Below are positions 53,074 to 58,389 of a stretch of 58,389 bases of DNA, in pieces. Positions within the stretch are counted from its first letter, which is position 1. Every line of letters starts with the position of its first letter. Position numbers and translations under genes: made by a program. Location: the NCBI GenBank assembly GCA_963788395.1, contig CAWBGV010000022.1, positions 1 through 58,389 of the forward strand. Direction: 5' to 3'. This DNA is from Candidatus Doudnabacteria bacterium (GTDB lineage Bacteria > Patescibacteriota > Doudnabacteria > UBA920). The notes below the pieces were generated by a model that worked only from the letters and a program-made list of their open reading frames with translations, ran no database searches and had not been told where the DNA came from.

Positions 53074-53302
53074 GATTATTCTCCGTCTTGTCTAAAATAG
53101 TTTCCTGTCCTGGCAGCAGCCCCTGGTCGGCAAACCAATGCCGCAGAGCATCGAGTTTCTTCTCCGACCAAAGTGGGCTGTGCTGCCCAATCGGCTGGCA
53201 TTCGTAGGGCAGATTGCCTTCCCGCAGGTGCCAGTATAATTTGCGGTAGGTCACGCCAAGTGCCGTAGCCGCTTGATTCATCGTGTAGTAATTTGTTGCC
53301 AT
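53063..53302 (-). CDS. small helix-turn-helix DNA-binding protein (excisionase/MerR-like)
   Basis: YYTMNQAATALGVTYRKLYWHLREG HTH pattern, upstream of a replication gene. Confidence 0.75.
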   Translation of the reverse strand: MATNYYTMNQAATALGVTYRKLYWHLREGNLPYECQPIGQHSPLWSEKKLDALRHWFADQGLLPGQETILDKTENNHEN

Positions 53303-53379
53303 ACATTAGATAGAGTAATTCCCCGAAAAAAATCTCGGACAATCCGCAATTATTTTCGGGGGTGAATATACATCTCCTA

Positions 53380-53700
53380 CTACGTGTCCAACGAATCTTC
53401 CCACGTCGAGCCCAAGACCCAGGACAATGCGGATAGTTTGCCACTCAACAGACCCCATTCAAAGTCGTCCCAGCCGAGGTTCTTCTTGCCGTACTTCTTC
53501 TCAATCCGACGTGCGGCTTTGTTCGCCCTGGCAAGGGTCGGCTTTTTGTCTTTGGTCAACGTTTCCTCTCCAGTCTTGATCCGGTGCAGCCAGTTTTGGT
53601 GCCGGTTCCACCACACCTTGTCGTGGAGTTCCCGATAGGCTTCAAAAATGTCGTTTTCATTGCGGCAAGACTCGATCTGCGATTCATCAGTATTCTTCAT
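53380..53700 (-). CDS. hypothetical protein resembling the C-terminal helical domain of PIN-like (DUF4935-type) proteins
   Basis: [46 protein letters not shown]; start at MKNTDE. Family resemblance from memory. Confidence 0.6.
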   Translation of the reverse strand: MKNTDESQIESCRNENDIFEAYRELHDKVWWNRHQNWLHRIKTGEETLTKDKKPTLARANKAARRIEKKYGKKNLGWDDFEWGLLSGKLSALSWVLGSTWEDSLDT

Positions 53701-54417
53701 AATTTGTTTCCTTTTTGTTGAATTACGCACTAACAGAGTAACGACCGAGGAAATTGTCCAACCAAACGATGGCGGGACATCACCACGGTCGAGTCCCAGC
53801 CGACCGCTCCGTGCGGCCACCGAGGTTGGGCCAGAAAGGCCAGACGCTTGCGGCTTCGTGCCGCCCGCCAGTTAGAAAGTTGAGATAGTTATGAAGTTGT
53901 TATCGTTGTGATTAAAATATACCAAAAAATAGAGACAATTGCAAGACGAAAAAACATTTTGTGCGGCGGTTTTCACGAGTGTAGTATACCGCCGTCCACT
54001 TTCGTGAATTATTGCGAAACGGTTCTACATTTTTTATTTTTGCTTTCGTCGGCGGCTGCTGAGCTATTTCCTGGTCTTGAGCGTGATATTGCTTTGCGGT
54101 CGGCGGTGGCGGTGGGTGTGCTTGTCTAGAGCCGGGGAAAAGGTAGCCAAAGTATTTTGCTACCTTTTGGGACGGGCGAAGAGCCGCTCGGAAGCAACGT
54201 CAGGCGACGGACATCACACCAGGATCAGCGGCGTGCGGACGGAAATGGCATCAACTGGCGAAGGGCAACAACTCGCTGCAAACGAGGATTTTGCAACCAG
54301 TTGGCTGGGCAACTGGTCAATTGACAAGTTCGCCTCGGCGGAAAGGTTCACTCTGAACCTTTTGCCGCCAGCTATGCCACCATCCGACAGATTCATCCGA
54401 TGGCGGCACTCGGCGGC

Positions 54418-55672
54418 TCATTCCTTCCAGAACACCACGTTGTATTCGTCGTTCGCCACGCCACCGAAGCCTTTGCCGAGCAGCGTATTGCCTCCGCCTC
54501 TGTCCACTCGCACAGAGGCGGTCATGGCGGCTGCCGTGGCGACAATCGTCTCAGGCTTCACGATCCAGACGCCCCACTGCCACGAGTTGTCATAGACCTT
54601 GACCTTGCCCCCTTCCAGATTGACGACCACGCTGTGCGTCATATTGGGACTGAAGCGGACGGCATCGGTGGCGGCATCGACCGAACGCACATGCTGCCAG
54701 GGCTTGCCGCCTCCCATTGCTGCGGCATAAGGCGTCCAGATGATGACCGGCCCTTTTTCCAGCCGAGCAAGGAGTTTCTTGACCAGCTTCGCCTTCTCAC
54801 CCTGCTCGTATCGAACGATCATTTCCCTACCCTGCGGCGTCAGGATCGCCTTCGGTTTCAACGAGAATCGTTCAGCCTTCAAGTCAGTTACGGGATGCCC
54901 ATTCCATTGGATTGTTCCGGCTTGGGCCATGTAGCTGGTCCACGGAGCCCAGCCGTAGTATCCTCCCAGCCCGGATTTCTCCAGAGCCGCAACGAAGACC
55001 CGTTTCTCGAAGGAATCCCGCTGATCGTTCCAGCCCTCAACGCCGTAGTAGTGGTCGAGAACGGTGGCGAATGCGTTGTAGGAGCACTGACTCGAACCGC
55101 CCCTCCCAGAACAAGGCGTGCTCGGCCTTGGGGCTTGAGAAGCGAACCTCCACAGGGCCGCCGAAAGCAACCTCCACCTCGGCTTCATACAGCCAGTAAT
55201 GGGTCCGTAATTTCCCGGCCCGCCACTCAACCGTGTTGTCGCCCTTCTGGAGCTTGTCGCCCAATGACCAGCGGTTCTCGCAACGCTTCCCCTGGCCGAC
55301 GTTCCACTCTTCGACCAGCGGTTTGCCATTGATGATGATGGAAACCGGGGAGACGCATTTTCCTTCGTTATCGGCACTGGCAAGATGTTCGACGTTCAGA
55401 AAAGCCGCTTTGGGAACTTCGGGAAGATTGAACTTCATCGCAAAGCGGCTCTTCTCGCCGGTGGTCAGGCGAAGATGAGGATGCCTGTCAAAAGCGATGG
55501 AGCAGTCGCACGCCGTGGTGGAAAACTCAATGTTGGCCTTTGGAGGGTATTGCGTAAAGTCGCACTGGAAGACAACGACCGGGTGGCCATCCCAGTCAAA
55601 ATGGTTGGGCTGTTTATCGACATCCCCCTGAGCCGCAGCCATCGCGAGCAGCAAGATCATCGGAAAGTGCAT
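54418..55672 (-). CDS. secreted protein: beta-sandwich domain plus papain-like (C39-like) cysteine peptidase; frameshift near 55100
   Basis: Signal peptide MHFPMILLLAMAAAQ; QCSYNAFATVL (Cys), THSVVV (His), VYDNSW (Asp). Confidence 0.6.
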
Positions 55673-55774
55673 GCGGTCTAGCCGTGGGAAGAGGAATTGG
55701 CGTAGAATTCTGGGTGTGCAAGATGACTTACGTATTCGGCGGGCAATGGAGAAACGAGCCGACAGCAATCTTCT

Positions 55775-56861
55775 CTACGCTCGTCTCTGCTCGAACATCT
55801 TCAGTGCCACGGCGTACTCGTTCGAGAGATCGAAGCTGGCAGCACATTCCGGGGCGATTCGCTTGAAGCCCACGTACATGATGCTCACCATTTGCAGCCC
55901 GCTGAACTTGCCGGGCATCGACCGAAGCTGATACTGTTGAACAGGATCGTTGATCTCGAACCCCTTCGTGCCGAGCATACCGATCTCGAACGTGATCCTT
56001 TGCACTTCTTCGTCGGACAGAGTCGCAAAATGTTCCAAGGCCGAAAGGCAGTACATCACGGCGTCAGGGCGACCCGTTGTACCGCCCTTCATCATGAAGC
56101 CGACACGGGCGAGGGCTGACAACTGTTGTTTTGCCAGCTTGGCCATGTCATTGAACTCGTCAATGGCCACCACCTGCCGGTAAGCCGTGTCGGCATCTTC
56201 GAGCCGCTCGGCAACCCGATACGCCTCACCCAATCCGAAAAACGCTTGCTGGTCTTTGGGATTCAGTTGGGTCGCCCGCAGAAGGCAGGAGATGGCACGG
56301 TCAACTTCCCTCAAGGCAAGCAGGCAGCCGCCGAGGTTGCGTTGTGCCCAAGGATTGTTCGGTTCGGCGGAAGCCGCCTCCTCCAATATCTTCACCGCTT
56401 CCTGGTTGTTGCCTTCCTTGGCATAGGTGACTCCCAAGGCAACACGGGAATCGACGTGGCGGGGATGAAACCGAATCGACTCGTTCAGTATCGCCTTGGC
56501 TTCATCCAGCCGACCGAAGTTGCTGTAGGCCAACCCCAGGTTGTAGAGAAGCCGAAGATCATTGGGGTGTCTTTCCCGCAGAAGCTCCAGCATCACGATG
56601 GCAGGGATCATTTCCCCGCTTTCCAGTTTTATCACCGCCGCTTCAATCGGGTCTTTCACGGACGGCGGCGGTGTCCATTCCACAAGAATGGAATCTTCGG
56701 ACACCACGATGCGTGCGTCACCCTGGAAGCCCGCAAACTGTTTCTTGCAGAAAGTGGTGGACGGCTGCGGCAAAGTCCTTCGATCCCTTGGCGGGAGAGC
56801 CAGACGGCAGCAGCGAAGCATCGAAGGTTTGCAGCGGGATGTTGAAGTTGTATTCGGCCAT
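55775..56861 (-). CDS. tetratricopeptide-repeat protein with a conserved C-terminal domain (frameshift near 56750)
   Basis: About four TPRs (LYNLG.AY, RVALG.TY, QRNLGGCL, FFGLG.AY); true start probably MAEYNFNIP at 56861. Confidence 0.85.
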
Positions 56862-56870
56862 GAAGGAATC

Positions 56871-57650
56871 CTATGCGTGCTGCGGGCCTGGATAAGGCAC
56901 CCAAACATACCCGTTGGTCAACTTCAATTCCGCTCCCCACGCATCAATCAACGCTTTGTCCGTCCTGCCTGAATCCGGCAGATCATGGAGGATCTTCAGC
57001 AGCTTCTCACCAGCCGCCGCATAGCCACTGGCCTTGTAGGGCAACGCCAGTTCGGGCTGGCTCCACTTCTCGGCCCAGAACTGAGCGAAGGCCGCATTGA
57101 TTGCCATTGTGGCATCGAAGACTTGCGGAGGACACACACTGCGGAACTTCTCGCCGGTTGAGCCGCTGTTCTCTTGGAGTTGGGGCTGAATGGCAGCCCG
57201 CTGCATTTCCAAGAGTTCGGGATGTTCGTTGAAAATCCAGTTGTCGAGTCGCAGCCCGAGCGGAATGGAACGCAAGTGGGTCATAATTCCGTTGAGCAGT
57301 TGCTCGCACATGGCGAAGATGGCAGCGTCGTTCAGCCGCTTGAAGCTGGGCATACGTTCGAGCATCTTGCGAAACTGATAGCGTCCTTTTTCCCCCACGC
57401 CGAAGAAGAATCGCTCTTCGGGCGGGTTCTCGAAGAACCGCTGGATCATACCGCAGTAGTAGACAATATAATAATCGACGGCAGCCGGGGCCTTCGGGTG
57501 GATGCGAACAATATGGCCGGGGCGATCTGAAGTCGCCATCAGGACGCCCGACATCATCGTGAGGCTGGCATCGACCGTCACGACGACTTGGCAGCCGGTC
57601 GCCTGCTCCGTCTCGGCCATCAGCTTTCGAGTTGTGCCTCGCAGTTCCAC
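56871..57650 (-). CDS. hypothetical protein, operonic partner of the TPR gene
   Basis: 259-aa ORF ending 9 nt before the TPR start; globular composition. Confidence 0.8.
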   Translation of the reverse strand: MELRGTTRKLMAETEQATGCQVVVTVDASLTMMSGVLMATSDRPGHIVRIHPKAPAAVDYYIVYYCGMIQRFFENPPEERFFFGVGEKGRYQFRKMLERMPSFKRLNDAAIFAMCEQLLNGIMTHLRSIPLGLRLDNWIFNEHPELLEMQRAAIQPQLQENSGSTGEKFRSVCPPQVFDATMAINAAFAQFWAEKWSQPELALPYKASGYAAAGEKLLKILHDLPDSGRTDKALIDAWGAELKLTNGYVWVPYPGPQHA

Positions 57651-57814
57651 TTCATGCTCCGGTGCTGGGGATCGACCAGCGAATCAGAAACCCCCATTTT
57701 ACCGTTTCGGAGAAAACCTACAAGCGACCGTTCTCTGACGGGCTGGGGCAGGTTGGCGTTGTGGTTGCGTGTCTCAAAAGGCCCAGGATATATCCCGCCC
57801 AATGTACAGGAAAA

Positions 57815-58389
57815 CTATCGTGCGGCGACGGTGGCTTTCCGTTTTTCCACGGTTTGCCTTTCCGAATCCATCGCAGTGGCGAGCCTGTTCAGGAAAACGT
57901 GATCGCCGGTCTGCTGTGCGAATTCGTAGGCGAGTTCTTTGATGCCCCGAATTTCCTGCTTTATTAAATAAGCACTTGGCGTGCCAAAGTCGGCCTTTCC
58001 CACCAAGTCTTTGGAATCCTCGCCAGTCAACCGTGCGTCAAGGATCGCCGCCGCCAGCTTCCCCAGCCTTTGGGCAACGAGGCTGCGAAACTGGTCAATC
58101 AAGTCTGAATAGGGCTGCCGCCCCGCATACTGGGCTGCCATGACGCTAGGATCGGCGGCGACCATCCATCGTCGTCGGTTCCGGGTCTTCTCTTGGGCGT
58201 TCCTGATGCCGTTCCAAACGCTTCGGCGGAAACGGTTCTGAAGAGGGCCGTGCCTTTGCGGTTCCCACCCTCGGAACAGCCGACCTGGGGAGACGAGCAA
58301 TTTGACGACAAGCTGGTGGAAGTGCTCCTGAACGTCGTCATCCTTGAATCCCGAGCGTTGAAGCGATCTTACGACATAATTTGCCCAGT
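57815..58389 (-). CDS. ECF-sigma-like protein, partial (5' end outside window)
   Basis: Frame open to window edge: ..DDDVQEHFHQLVVKLL..RFRRSVWNGIRN (region 2-like) and AAILDARLTGEDSKDL (region 4-like). Confidence 0.5.
   Translation of the reverse strand, partial: WANYVVRSLQRSGFKDDDVQEHFHQLVVKLLVSPGRLFRGWEPQRHGPLQNRFRRSVWNGIRNAQEKTRNRRRWMVAADPSVMAAQYAGRQPYSDLIDQFRSLVAQRLGKLAAAILDARLTGEDSKDLVGKADFGTPSAYLIKQEIRGIKELAYEFAQQTGDHVFLNRLATAMDSERQTVEKRKATVAAR

Larger units (their letters stand above)
51656..54200 (-). mobile_element. fragment of a phage/plasmid/satellite-like replication module (different organism or element)
   Basis: Prim-pol, small ORF and HTH gene co-oriented; higher GC. No integrase or att site seen; right boundary is a guess. 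Confidence 0.45.

Overview
Two unrelated-looking segments are joined at about 51,655. Left segment (1 to ~51.65 kb): chromosome of a small-genome bacterium, most likely Patescibacteria/CPR (inferred from gene families and style, not proven), using standard code 11. It carries housekeeping genes (radA, recG, comF, clpC with a CIRCE box, recX, htpX, lemA, a secA paralog, gatCAB, miaA, holB, frr, rseP, proS, mreBCD, mrdA, start of folD) and three tRNAs: Arg(CCG), Ser(TGA) and Ser(GCT). Accessory loci in this segment are the end of a VirB4-like ATPase followed by a very large membrane-anchored lysozyme-like protein; an ECF sigma/DUF5667 pair; a PilZ-less cellulose-synthase-like cluster (GH6, GT2, GT-C, BcsA-like, GH8); a DDE insertion sequence; a four-helix-bundle cassette inside gatAB; and a PEP-CTERM protein. 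Intergenic regions are rich in short palindromic repeats, including a modular structured element 3' of both tRNA-Ser genes. Right segment (~51.65-58.4 kb): visibly higher GC, with a truncated NrS-1-type primase-polymerase, a small HTH gene, a papain-like peptidase, a TPR protein with a partner gene, and a partial sigma-like gene. Both folD and the prim-pol gene are cut at the junction, so a chimeric read or misassembly is likely. Single-base indels break many essential genes and are best read as long-read sequencing errors. All protein family calls come from motif recognition by eye; no database searches were run.
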